Virus record (IMG/VR): IMGVR_UViG_3300042691_030495
Origin: a virus
Direction: 5' to 3' (one strand)
Length of the DNA: 64,000 bases
Part shown: piece after piece, positions 19,215-29,485 of the stretch
Numbering within the stretch: the first letter of the stretch is position 1
Layout: every line of letters starts with the position of its first letter
The notes under the pieces: generated by a model
Databases searched by the model: none
Told to the model about the DNA's origin: nothing
Seen by the model: the letters and a program-made list of their open reading frames with translations, nothing else
Made by a program: the position numbers and the translations under genes

Positions 19215-20273
19215 ATGGAAGAATCCACTAGAAAATTACGTATTGATTTAGAGAATACATACGAGCCAGAAGAGTGCTACATAACTACGCACCAAATTTT
19301 TGAAGAGTTTAGTCTCGCTCCGTCTTTAAAAGATCTTTCATTATCTCTACATAACCCTGATCCCGTAAATATGGGCAGCACTGAATTAGATTTTGTAGAT
19401 ACAAATGAAATGATTTCAGATGAGATTAAAGTTTTAATTTATGTCCAAGACACTATCTATCACTTTTTTATAGACTCTCTAACTATGATCCTTAAGATAC
19501 ATAAGGAGCATTCAAATATTAAGTTTGTTTTATACCTACAAAGAGCTAGAGGCACTAAGGGTATAGATAATTTCTACGAGCTACTATTTTTAATTCTAGA
19601 CGGGCAAGGTGTAAACTATACAACCGTATCCACCGTACCGGGGAAAGACTATGCACCAGTCTATAAATTTAATAACTATGTGCGAATAGACAGACAAGTC
19701 AATATCCACCACTTGATGTCTTTCTTAGACGTGGAGTATATGGCAGACATTGCTATTAAATACTCTAGAAAGTATATGAATGCTACCGAGTCGGTTGAAC
19801 CGTTTAGGAAGCTATACATATCTAGAGGCAACGCTCCATCTGATTTAGGACCTATAGAAGAGGACTATCCAGACTACAGGGACGACCTGAGAATGAACGA
19901 CGCCCTAAAGTTAGAGGAATTCTTTGTCAGTCAAGGGTACGAAGCTTTCAGCCCTGAGAAGAAGTTTGGCTCTATTATGGAGCAGATTGTGTATATGAGT
20001 GAGGTAAAGACCCTAGCTTCCATTACAAGCTCTGGCCTAGCTAACATGATATTTATGAGGCCTAACCAGACAATCATTGAGGTTCAGGCTGAGCTGGTCC
20101 AGGTTATGAGGTTTGAGAAGGATAGCTATGTCTACCCTAAACAGCAGATACATAACTACTATTCGACCTTATCCTTTATGAGGCAGCATACCCATATAAG
20201 TATCCCTAGCCGTAGGGATCCGGATAAGGTAATTAAGACCCTAACTAGCGGTCAACTTTCCTATTTAATTTAG
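19215..20273 (+). CDS. Glycosyltransferase family 61 (DUF563)-like
   Basis: YHFFID, KLYISRG, EQI.....V..L....SGLANMIFM.P...IIE. Confidence 0.75.
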   Translation: MEESTRKLRIDLENTYEPEECYITTHQIFEEFSLAPSLKDLSLSLHNPDPVNMGSTELDFVDTNEMISDEIKVLIYVQDTIYHFFIDSLTMILKIHKEHSNIKFVLYLQRARGTKGIDNFYELLFLILDGQGVNYTTVSTVPGKDYAPVYKFNNYVRIDRQVNIHHLMSFLDVEYMADIAIKYSRKYMNATESVEPFRKLYISRGNAPSDLGPIEEDYPDYRDDLRMNDALKLEEFFVSQGYEAFSPEKKFGSIMEQIVYMSEVKTLASITSSGLANMIFMRPNQTIIEVQAELVQVMRFEKDSYVYPKQQIHNYYSTLSFMRQHTHISIPSRRDPDKVIKTLTSGQLSYLI

Positions 20274-20325
20274 TTGCATTTGCCTTAACAGTGTGCTAGG
20301 GTTATTGGTTTAGGAGGTGTAAATT

Positions 20326-20671
20326 ATGGAAATTACATTCGTTTGGAGCTGGCTATCCTTTTGGGTAGGTGTTGCTTCTGTATTCGTAAGCCTGTTTGCT
20401 ATAGCTGTAGTAATGGCTGTAGCCAATGCTGGTAAGGCAAAGAAGAAGACTTCTGAGCTTATCGACATGCAATGGGGCTCAAGCTTTAAGTAGCCCCTCA
20501 ATTGCTGGTAGAATAGGTGTCATGGAGATACTTATCTGGCTGGGCGTATTAGCCTGGTTTGTTGGTGCTGTTGGCGCTTATTTTGTCGTATCTATCAAAC
20601 TATCTAAAGAGATAAAAGAGATGACCCCTGATCAGCGGAGAGAGTTCTTTAAGACTCGGAGGCAGAGATAG
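20326..20671 (+). CDS. Two small single-pass membrane proteins (20326-20493, 20522-20671)
   Basis: AGGAGG SD before 20326; hydrophobic N-termini. Confidence 0.5.
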
Positions 20672-20674
20672 AGG

Positions 20675-20923
20675 CTAAAGCTCTCTACCCTCTTCAAATT
20701 CTTCTTCTCGTTCTGGCCCCCAGGCATAATACTTAACGGTCTTGAGAAGGTCCAGAACTTCATATGTAAGGGCCTCTGTGGCCAATAGAAGGTCTGCCTT
20801 GTGTTCTGGATCTGTAGGCTGCTGTACCTCTGTGTGGACTTCCTGGACGGCATAAGCGCATAATTCTAAACGCCTTAGAGCTACATCTATAGGCGTTGCT
20901 AGTGGATCTCTCTGACCTGCCAT
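20675..20923 (-). CDS. Hypothetical protein
   Basis: 82-aa ORF. Confidence 0.45.
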   Translation of the reverse strand: MAGQRDPLATPIDVALRRLELCAYAVQEVHTEVQQPTDPEHKADLLLATEALTYEVLDLLKTVKYYAWGPEREEEFEEGREL

Positions 20924-20939
20924 AAGACTATTTTAAGGG

Positions 20940-21900
20940 CTGAATGAGAGGGGGAGTTTAGTAGATTCAATCCTTCCAATCCTCTTAATCCTTTGATTAG
21001 TTTCTTAATATAGAAAATTCTAGAAAATATTTTTCAACTTATAAAAGTAATAAAGGGATTGAAGGGGATTGGACGGATTGGAGGGATTAAAAACTTACTT
21101 GCGCTATCTTGCTTGGTTGGTATACTACGGAGAAACCGTGGCTATTGGGGATAAATAACTACTTGACAAGTTAGATGGATAGTGTATTGTTAGGAGGGGT
21201 ATTTAATCCCCGTCTTTACTGTCTTTTATGGCAGTATCCTTGGCTTCTTTCCTAGATCCCTTTAGCTTCTTTGGGGTCTGGACTAGGTGAGGAGCCTTCA
21301 GCATAGACTGAAATAACGCTTGGGCTTCTGCCTTGCGTCTGGCTTCATTGGCTCTATCTAGCATGGCTTCAGTATAGCAGTTCTTTATATATAATATAAA
21401 TCAATAATCAATAATCAAAATCAATAAATCAATAGATCAATAGTTATACGAGTTCTGAAGTTGGCTTCGTAATTTTGAAACTTGTAGGGGGATTGATTTA
21501 TTGATTTATTGACTTTGATTTCCGGTTTGAAGTATAGCAGGGGGGTCTGGCATATTGACCTATATTACTTATATTTGCAACAGCAGTAGGCTAGAATCAT
21601 AGAAGGTATTATCAAAAGAAAAAAGATATCTTTTCTTAGAATCTGATAATACTAAAGGGCTAAGTATAACATAGATTCTAGAAAATACTAGGTTATTTTT
21701 TGATAATACCTAGTTAAAATAGTACTTATATACTTATCTTACTATTAGTATATTGCCCGTATAGGAGTTTTTTCCGGGGGTTACTATGCTGAAAGTCCAA
21801 TAAGTGTATAAGTCTATAAGTAGTATTTTCTATGCTAGACTGTAAACTATGGAATTGGACTTGACATTTGCTTTTTTGTTCGAGACTATATAGACTACTA
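20940..21900. repeat. AT-rich, largely non-coding region with several convergent short-repeat arrays (origin-like)
   Basis: AATCC x3 facing GGATT x4; ATCAA x6 facing TTGAY x4; 14-bp inverted repeat 21604-21617/21698-21711; ACTTAT facing ATAAGT. Confidence 0.7.
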
Positions 21901-21914
21901 CAAAGACAGGAGAT

Positions 21915-23106
21915 ATGATGAATGACACTGAAGCTACCGAGGTGTTAAAAGCAATCCATGAAGAGTACCGTGAACGGTATATCAGAGATGGCTACCTTGA
22001 TTTCAATAAAGACATCAACGACCTAATGATGAAAGAGATGAACTACTATCCAGAAAAGTTAGCCTCTTCCGTAACGGTCGAAGGAGTTAAAGTCGGTTGG
22101 TATCAAGACGCCAAAGGATCATTGTATCGATATGACGGAGTCATTTGGGATGTAGTCCCGAAGGACAAGATTTCAGGATTGGAGTACCTAGGTTAATGTC
22201 TGACATTTTTAATTCTTTAAGTTTCTCTGAGGAAGATGTCGAAGCTGTGCTAGATGAGTTCGAAGCTGAGCAAGCTTTGAATGGACAGATCTGTGCTTGC
22301 GGTCATCCAGTTAAACACCATAAGTACAGCAAGATCCTTGGGATTACTCAGTGTAAAGCTGGGAAGCAGCTCTGTAACTGTGCTTATGTGAATCCGGTTC
22401 TTCGAGTATCGAACAGTAGATTCTTTATGAGGAAGTCTACGGGCCATGGGCCTAGACACGCTCTGACTCTGGGAATCCACTCAGTGGTTAGGGAGAATCT
22501 CAATAGGGGTGACGACAATCAGATATCCATGGATTGGATGAACAACCCTGTCTCTTGTGAGAAGTGCAAGGCAACAGACAAGAAGCTGAGCCCAATACTT
22601 TTAACAACCAGTAGGACCAGGTTTGACCTAGACATCGAGCTCAAGGATCGACTGGTCACAGCTCTACTTTGTGGGGAGTGTGCTGGTTAATATGGAAGAG
22701 AAACTAGAGTCGATAGCCAAGGCGATTGAGAGCCATATTGCAATCCTTGTGGACTATGATGTAATTGAGGCTCAAGTTGGAGATACCCTCTCCGAGTATG
22801 TTTGGGCCATTGTTACTGATAATCAAGAGGAGTCAGAGACCCTGGCAACCGTAAGCAAAATAGGAGAGAATAATGAAGTTCACCTTCTGGGACCAACTGG
22901 TTTTAAACCTGACTGGTAGACTACCGCGGAGGACTCAAGCTGAGGTCGACGATCTGATTGCCCTCAAAGAGATGATCTCCAGGGTAACTGAGCTTGAGTA
23001 CAGGTCTAGGTTGCTTGCCGCTGAGAAGCGTAAGGTTGCCAAAACTAAGAGCGACACGCCCAAGCCAACAAAGCCAAAAACTACCAGAAAAAAGAAGGCT
23101 GAATAG
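21915..23106 (+). CDS. Four hypothetical genes (21915-22196; ~22196-22690 Cys-rich zinc-binding; ~22691-22919; 22873-23106)
   Basis: Overlapping co-oriented ORFs; CACGH, CxxC motifs in the second. Confidence 0.6.
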
Positions 23107-23149
23107 CCTCTCTACACAGCTTAAAAAAGATACTGTAGTATGTACTTAA

Positions 23150-23375
23150 GAACACATTTGTACCACAGATGGGTTCAACAAGCTTCGGCGAAGGCGGTCA
23201 AGCTGAAACCGAAGTCGGAGAGTATTCTCCGATGCCTGGCATAGTTGCTAGGTGTAAATGAATACAGGTCTGCAGGAATCTAACGTGTCTCAACTCACGC
23301 TGGGAGAGAGTTCCTAAACTGACCAGAAGTGACCGTTTCGTCTGCTAAGGTAGGCGAGACGGTTTACTTTTTATC
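23150..23375 (+). ncRNA. Candidate structured non-coding RNA
   Basis: ORF-free; five consecutive helical elements with G-U pairs and a terminal long hairpin plus T-run. Confidence 0.5.
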
Positions 23376-23387
23376 TGGGAGTTTTAG

Positions 23388-23633
23388 TTGGCAGAAGACA
23401 TAGTGAAAATAGTTCCACTCGCTGAGGAGATGGGCATAAGTTACAAGACAATATATGTCTGGATCAACGACTGCCGCCTTGAGATGAAGAAGCCTGGGTT
23501 CGTCAGCAGGTCCGAAGCTTGGGAAGTCTTCGACTATATGAGATCGAAACGGTCAGAGATTTCTTACTTCACATCGACTTATGGTATCAACCGAGATGCC
23601 TATGGACGATTCATTTCTGAGCCTAATGAATAA
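23388..23633 (+). CDS. Small HTH DNA-binding protein
   Basis: LAEEMGISYKTIYVWI; similar to 1895-2161. Confidence 0.55.
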   Translation: MAEDIVKIVPLAEEMGISYKTIYVWINDCRLEMKKPGFVSRSEAWEVFDYMRSKRSEISYFTSTYGINRDAYGRFISEPNE

Positions 23634-23683
23634 ACAAAAGTCATAAACAAATCAATAAACAACATTAATGTTAAACTAAATTT

Positions 23684-24352
23684 ATGTGCGAGATATGTAC
23701 AACTGAGATGGCGGAGAGCTATGTAGCTCTTCCCAAGTTTAAGATTACCCCTGAGCAAAAGTTGTTGCTAAAGGGCAAACCTCATACTGGCTTAAATTCA
23801 AAACTAACCCCAGAGCAACTAGAAGATCGTCGACTCTATAAGCGAAGCTACGACAAGCTCTATCGAGAGTGGCGCAGGGCTAACGGCGACAATTATCAAA
23901 AAGAATATCAAAAGATATACAAGAGAAACCACGCTTCAGAGATTCACGAATACATAACTGGGTACCGAAAAAAGAACCCTGAATATGCCTTAAAAGCCAG
24001 TAGAAGAAAGCGAGCTAGAAAAGCTCTAGCTCCATCGCATCACTACACTTCAAAAGACATCCTAAGTATTCATGGGACAGCATGCTATCTATGTGGCAGA
24101 GAAATTGATTTATCAGCCCCACGCTCATCAGGAATTCCTGGCTGGCAGGAGGGCCTACATTTAGATCACGTAATCCCGCTGGCAGCAGGTGGCTCCGACA
24201 CTGTTGAGAATGTTAAACCGACTCATGCACTCTGTAATATGAGAAAGAATTCTGCCATTCCGATTGACATTGGAGATACGGAAATAACGGTTAAGGTACT
24301 ATTTGATCAGATATACGGTCAACCTAAAAAGGGTAGGCCATCAATTGAATAG
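23684..24352 (+). CDS. HNH endonuclease
   Basis: CYLCG...LHLDHVIPLAAGGSDTVENVKPTHALCNMRK. Confidence 0.9.
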   Translation: MCEICTTEMAESYVALPKFKITPEQKLLLKGKPHTGLNSKLTPEQLEDRRLYKRSYDKLYREWRRANGDNYQKEYQKIYKRNHASEIHEYITGYRKKNPEYALKASRRKRARKALAPSHHYTSKDILSIHGTACYLCGREIDLSAPRSSGIPGWQEGLHLDHVIPLAAGGSDTVENVKPTHALCNMRKNSAIPIDIGDTEITVKVLFDQIYGQPKKGRPSIE

Positions 24353-24532
24353 TCATCCGTTGTTTATGCGGGGGAAAAAGGTAGCTCACACTCTCTCCAC
24401 ACGCAAAAATTCGTCCGGAACTAATCACCAAGTTTTAACGAATGTACAATTGTTAGTTAGGGCGGCCAGGATTTCCGTCCTCTCCCCAGTAGATCCTGGT
24501 CGTCCGCTACTCAAACAGTTGGAGCGTTTAAC

Positions 24533-25582
24533 ATGAGCACTCAGGACCTATCCCCTGAATATCAGATAGATGAACCAATCGACCTTAGGGCCGATCTGGC
24601 CTCTCTTGGAATCGAAGAAGTCGATAAAGGCGTCTGTGAAGACAACTATGAAAACCGTGGTATATTACGGCGCGCTAAACTCAACTGGGATCCAGTCTTC
24701 TCAACGAACGGCGTGCCTACAGGACTAATAAGGGCCCGATCAAAAGAGACCACCAAGGAACGCCGCCTCCTATCCCTAGCGGAGAAGCGTCCACTACTTG
24801 TCAACCAATCGGATAACAACTCAGATTTCTTAACCGGCCTGGACCTCTTAGCGGAATCCGCCTCGGATTATTTAGTACCGCCTTGGGTTGTGCATTCTAC
24901 CAGGTTATACTTGAAAGAGCAAGAGGACGGTGGACCAAAATCCGCTAAACGCCAGCCGCTCTGCCAGCCCCACCGTTGCCGCCAGATCAAAGATGACGGT
25001 ATCCGCTGTATGCTCTGGGCATCGGGACGTCCAAAGGATGACGGTCTCTGCCGGATACATTTGCGCAGTGTTAAAAAGTTAACCTCGGATGACATTGAAC
25101 GGGCGCGCACTAAGTTGATGCAAGCCGCCCCGTATGCCGTCGACAAACTTGAGGAGCTTATGGAGTTCGCTGAGAGCGAACCGGTAATGCTCAAAGCCGC
25201 AACCGAGATCCTTGACCGAGCCGGCGTGCGCGGAGGTATAGAGATTGACTCGAACGTTAATATCGACGTCCGGCCTGCAGCGGAAGTAATCAACGAACGT
25301 CTCAACCGGCTTGCCGCAGGAGCCATTCATGCAGCGGCCCGCTTATCTCAGGAAGGTATGGACGTCGTTGACGCTGAGGTTGTAGTTGAGGGTGAAGATA
25401 CCGGATCCAAAACTTTTAACGAATCATTGGACGGCCCGGTAGACGTAACGACCGGATCTGAAGATAACGGATCTATAACGTTTAACGAATCATTAAAAGA
25501 TGACCTGGATCCAACGGAATCCACAGTCCACGGTCCACAGTCCACAGAAGAACGGCCTGCTCTACCTAAGGAAGAGAAATAA
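24533..25582 (+). CDS. Putative terminase small subunit-like DNA-binding protein
   Basis: C...G.RC...LC.IH zinc-like motif followed by AAPYAVDKLEELM..AESEPVMLKAATEILDRAG, a pattern seen in actinophage TerS-like proteins. Confidence 0.5.
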   Translation: MSTQDLSPEYQIDEPIDLRADLASLGIEEVDKGVCEDNYENRGILRRAKLNWDPVFSTNGVPTGLIRARSKETTKERRLLSLAEKRPLLVNQSDNNSDFLTGLDLLAESASDYLVPPWVVHSTRLYLKEQEDGGPKSAKRQPLCQPHRCRQIKDDGIRCMLWASGRPKDDGLCRIHLRSVKKLTSDDIERARTKLMQAAPYAVDKLEELMEFAESEPVMLKAATEILDRAGVRGGIEIDSNVNIDVRPAAEVINERLNRLAAGAIHAAARLSQEGMDVVDAEVVVEGEDTGSKTFNESLDGPVDVTTGSEDNGSITFNESLKDDLDPTESTVHGPQSTEERPALPKEEK

Positions 25583-25920
25583 TGAATAACCTAAACGGTA
25601 ACCCGGATCCAACCTTTGCACGGATCATTGAAGCGGCCCGCACCCATTACGAGAACCTCAAAGCGGACATCCCAAACGCCTCTAACCGGATAGAGTACAT
25701 ACGTCTGACGACCTTAGCTCAGGAAGCATATACTCTTTTAACGAATCTTGAATTGTTCGAGCTCGGTCTCGTCTACGCACGGGTAGCTAATCTAGACGCC
25801 CAGTCAATGGAGCGTTACATGGAAATAATCGCGTCTCGCAAATCTGACGGATCCGAGATCCCGTTGGATCTACCAGAGTTTAAAAGTCCGTTTACACCAC
25901 CACCGTCCACAATGCAGTAG
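25582..25920 (+). CDS. Hypothetical protein
   Basis: Overlaps the stop of the upstream gene. Confidence 0.6.
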   Translation: MNNLNGNPDPTFARIIEAARTHYENLKADIPNASNRIEYIRLTTLAQEAYTLLTNLELFELGLVYARVANLDAQSMERYMEIIASRKSDGSEIPLDLPEFKSPFTPPPSTMQ

Positions 25921-25929
25921 ACTTCTCCC

Positions 25930-26802
25930 ATGAGGTTTAAAAAGACGCAAGGACCTGGACCACACGTAGAGCTGTTCATATCCACAGCACAGAAGTACTT
26001 GGGGTATACTTCAGAGATCCTCGGCCGTAATATGTTTGGTCAAAAGGTTGGTTACGACGCCGGCCCATGGAGTGGCGCGTTCATTGATGTTGTTGCCCGG
26101 GAGTCCCTGGTGAACATTCCATCATTCGTTTATTCAGCTGCCGGTCTGGCGGAATGCATTCGTAGTGGCGCGATCTCGCGAGCGCCGCGGCCTGGTGACA
26201 TAGCGATCTTTAACTTTTCATCAATGAGCGGACATGAGCCGGATCCCTTCGGCCCGCCCCATTGCGGGATCGTTACTGACGTCCAAGAATTCACGAAGAG
26301 CGGCCGGTTTGTAACGGTTGAGGGAAACACTGAAGGTGGATCCAAACATTTAACGAAGGACGGCGTGCACCAAAAGATCCGCCACGTAACGGACGTTGTA
26401 ATCTTCTGCAGGCCCGCCTTCACTAACGGGAAGATCCGATCCAGGAAGACTTTTTACGAACGGTTCATGGATCTGTTCGATGCGGCCCGCACTCGTATAA
26501 CGGTTGCTGAACTGGAGGAGATCCGGATAGCGGCGAGCGCGCCTTCAGTATTAAAGTTAAACGGAGAGATCCGCCACGGGGATCGGAACAAACGGATCGA
26601 GACGATCCAGCTAGCGCTCGCAACGGTAACGGACCTCAGGGGCTGTGAACCAGGGAAGTGGGATGCCATCACGGCTGCGGCCTGCTCGCGCTTTCAACGA
26701 AACATTGGACGAACCGGATCTGATGTTACGGGTCTTCCGGATCCGGGTACTTTAAAACGTTTGTCAAAAGTTAGCCGCGTTTTCAAACTTGAATCCGAGT
26801 AG
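25930..26802 (+). CDS. CHAP-like domain (catalytic Cys replaced by Ser) plus peptidoglycan-binding domain
   Basis: GPWSGAFI, PRPGDIAIF, HCGIV, TVEGNT; GKWDAITAAACSRFQ...TGLPDPGTL. Confidence 0.7.
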   Translation: MRFKKTQGPGPHVELFISTAQKYLGYTSEILGRNMFGQKVGYDAGPWSGAFIDVVARESLVNIPSFVYSAAGLAECIRSGAISRAPRPGDIAIFNFSSMSGHEPDPFGPPHCGIVTDVQEFTKSGRFVTVEGNTEGGSKHLTKDGVHQKIRHVTDVVIFCRPAFTNGKIRSRKTFYERFMDLFDAARTRITVAELEEIRIAASAPSVLKLNGEIRHGDRNKRIETIQLALATVTDLRGCEPGKWDAITAAACSRFQRNIGRTGSDVTGLPDPGTLKRLSKVSRVFKLESE

Positions 26803-26847
26803 TTCTTGTGCTAGACTTCGATGGTCTATAGAAAGGACGTTAAAAAC

Positions 26848-27189
26848 ATGAACAAAGCAGTAATTGAGTCCTACCTCAGGAACCTCCTTGGCCAGGTTGC
26901 TGGAGCAGTCATGATTGTTACCCAGACATCAGGAATTCTGAATCCAATCGACTTCGGTACCAGTGAGTGGCTCCTCGTGGCCAACGCCTTGTGGGCGTCC
27001 CTCATCCCAGTAATCCTACGTTGGGTCAACAAGGCCGACCCAGCATTCGGCGCGGTTGCAGAAGTTGCAGCCAAGGAAATCACAAAGAAGATCTCTTCAG
27101 CGGCAAGCTCAGCAAAGAAGAAACCTGCTGCTAAGAAGCCAGCAGCAAAGAAGCCAGCAGCAAAGAAGCCGGCAGCAAAAAAGAGATAA
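26848..27189 (+). CDS. Holin-like membrane protein with KKPAA-repeat basic tail
   Basis: ESYLR...IPVILRWVNKADPAFG; four KKPAA repeats. Confidence 0.6.
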   Translation: MNKAVIESYLRNLLGQVAGAVMIVTQTSGILNPIDFGTSEWLLVANALWASLIPVILRWVNKADPAFGAVAEVAAKEITKKISSAASSAKKKPAAKKPAAKKPAAKKPAAKKR

Positions 27190-27319
27190 CTTTTAACGAA
27201 TCATAAGAAGCCGGCCCGGTTCAATGTAACCTCGGCCGGTTTTCTTTTTTCTAAAATAGACTTGACAAATAAAAAACGGCATGCTAGTGTTTCAAAACAG
27301 CTAACAGAAAGGACTGAAC

Positions 27320-29318
27320 ATGCAGTCAAAATACATCAAGATGTTATCGGATGAGCAGAGAATTTGCAGGGCCTGCGGATATGAACGTTCACCAAATGCC
27401 GGCCCGTCGGATGACTTGCAGTATTTTAAACAAGGACCGTACCACCCGTCATGTCATGAAGAGGTTGAGCAGCTGATCAAAACTTTTAACGAAAGCGGCG
27501 TGCCCCGTGAAAAAGCGATCGAGATATTTAAGCGCCTCGGTATTAATTTAGAACTGCTCAGTGTCAACGGAGTGTCTGCTAAGAACTTGACAAAATAGTA
27601 ACGGCTTGCTATAGTCAATGCTATGGATGAAAAGTGCGAGCTCTGCGGAGCAACGGGTAAGGGAACATCGGCGTGGGGCGGTTGGTGCCACGACTGCGAC
27701 AATCAAATGTCGGAAGCGGTTTGAGTAACGGCGTGCACTGGATTTGTTCGCGCGCCAACAGTTACGGTATCGGCGTGCGCCGTTTGCCACGGAGTACCTG
27801 CACCTGCGGTGAGTACTGGATGTTCTACTGCGAGGACTGCGGAGAGTGCACACATTGCATCGGTGAGTACTACATGGTCGAGGACGAGGTTTGGTATTCC
27901 GCGATCAGCGCACGGAGCAAACCCGACATGCTTTGCGTTGGGTGCCTGGAAACTCGCATCGGTCGACTTTTAACGAAAGATGATTTTAGTGACGCCCCGT
28001 TGAATTCGCTGCCATTCTGGACTAGGTCCGAGAGATTGAAATCTAGATTGAATTCGACCGGGCCTACTTTTCACGAATGATCGATTGTGCTCCGCGAGGA
28101 GGGGTTCCAAAACTTTTTAAAAAAATCTTCCCTTTTTCCCTTTTGTTTTTGAAAACTATGGTATAGTTCAAATACCAAATAGAGAGGGGAAGTCATGGAC
28201 TTCTATGGAAACCCAGAAATCAAAAAGGCCTATCAGGCTGGCTTCAATGATGGACTCCAATGTGGCGTAGATAACGCACGAGAGTTCGAATACATAAATG
28301 AAGAGCAGGCAGAAGAACTTCTGACTGAACTAGTGAAAGAGGAAAACTAATGGGGCTAGACATGTATCTTGAGGCGAGGAAGTTTGTCTCGTCATACTCT
28401 GACGCCGAGACTTACCAGAACCTGAAAAAGCAAATGGCGCTCGCGGACGGAGACCTGCCGCACAGCAACTTCGGCACGCTCAGTCTTGAGGTTATGTATT
28501 GGCGGAAAGTAAACGCCGTCCATGATTGGTTTGTTCGTGAGGTTCAGAACGGCGAGGATGACTGTAAGACGTATCACGTCAGCAAGGAAAAGCTTGCCGA
28601 ACTCGTGGACATCTGCAAGCGGATTGTCGATAAACAAGACCCGACGGTTGCTGCGGATTTACTCCCATCGGCGAGCGGGTTCTTCTTTGGGTCAACGGAC
28701 TATGATGAGTATTACTACGAAGGCCTGCTTTGGACTATCGAGGGGATTGAACGGATACTGAATAATCCGGCCTATGACGGCATGGACTTCTACTACCAAG
28801 CCAGTTGGTGAAACCTGACGGTTGGCTTGCTGGTTCGTGAAAAGTTCACCAGCAGCAGCTGACGGCATGGATCGTAAGTCCTGGTGCAGCGGCTTGCTGT
28901 TTCGTGAAAAGTTCAGCACAGTTGACGGGGATCCAAACTTTTAACCAACGGTGAAGCTATATGTATACCCAAATCACCATGCGGCGAGCGCGGTATGCTA
29001 TGTTTCATGCGTTCATTAGAGTTACACGTAATCGAGACGGCAAGCGACGTTGACGACGCCGTTACCGCTGGTGTACTCCTACCCGAGAGCCTGGTAGAGA
29101 CAGAGTGCTCTGACTGCTCTGAAGGGGTTGGTTACAGCGGACTCGACGAATTCGCGCCGTTCTCAGTGGTGATCGACGAGAATGATAGAGATTGGATTCT
29201 CTGCAGCGAATGCGCATCTCCAGTGGTTGACGGGGGATGGAGACAAGCCACACATATGCCTGAGACGTACTCTAAAGGGAATATCTATGAGCCTGATGAG
29301 GACCTAGACTTCTACTGA
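27320..29318 (+). CDS. Small hypothetical genes, several Cys-rich (27320-27598, ~27819-28080, 28195-28350, 28350-28811, ~29007-29318)
   Basis: CxxC pairs; 28350-28811 has the MGLDMYL...YWRK.NA.H.WF...YYQASW phage family pattern. Confidence 0.55.
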
Positions 29319-29485
29319 TCCATTTTGACTTCAGCCCAGGCTGAGCCAAACTTTCCACGATCGTGGGGCAAAAAAGAATTTGAAAAACTTTTAACGAATA
29401 CGCTTGCGTTTTGTCAGCCAATCGTGCTATCGTTCTTTTGTTGGCAAAAGCCAACGATAAGGACACAAAACGAAAGGGTATCAAA

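Larger units (their letters stand above)
24432..29398. repeat. Dispersed 12-bp motif ACTTTT(A/C)ACGAA, 14 copies including near-matches
   Basis: Copies at 24432, 25412, 25478, 25734, 26346, 26449, 27189, 27482, 27966, 28066, 28834(-), 28901(-), 28937, 29387. Confidence 0.8.

Noticed and set aside
23150-24352. OMEGA/IscB-type RNA-guided nuclease (structured RNA plus HNH)
   Set aside because: The HNH protein lacks RuvC and PLMP motifs and is separated from the RNA by a terminator and another gene.
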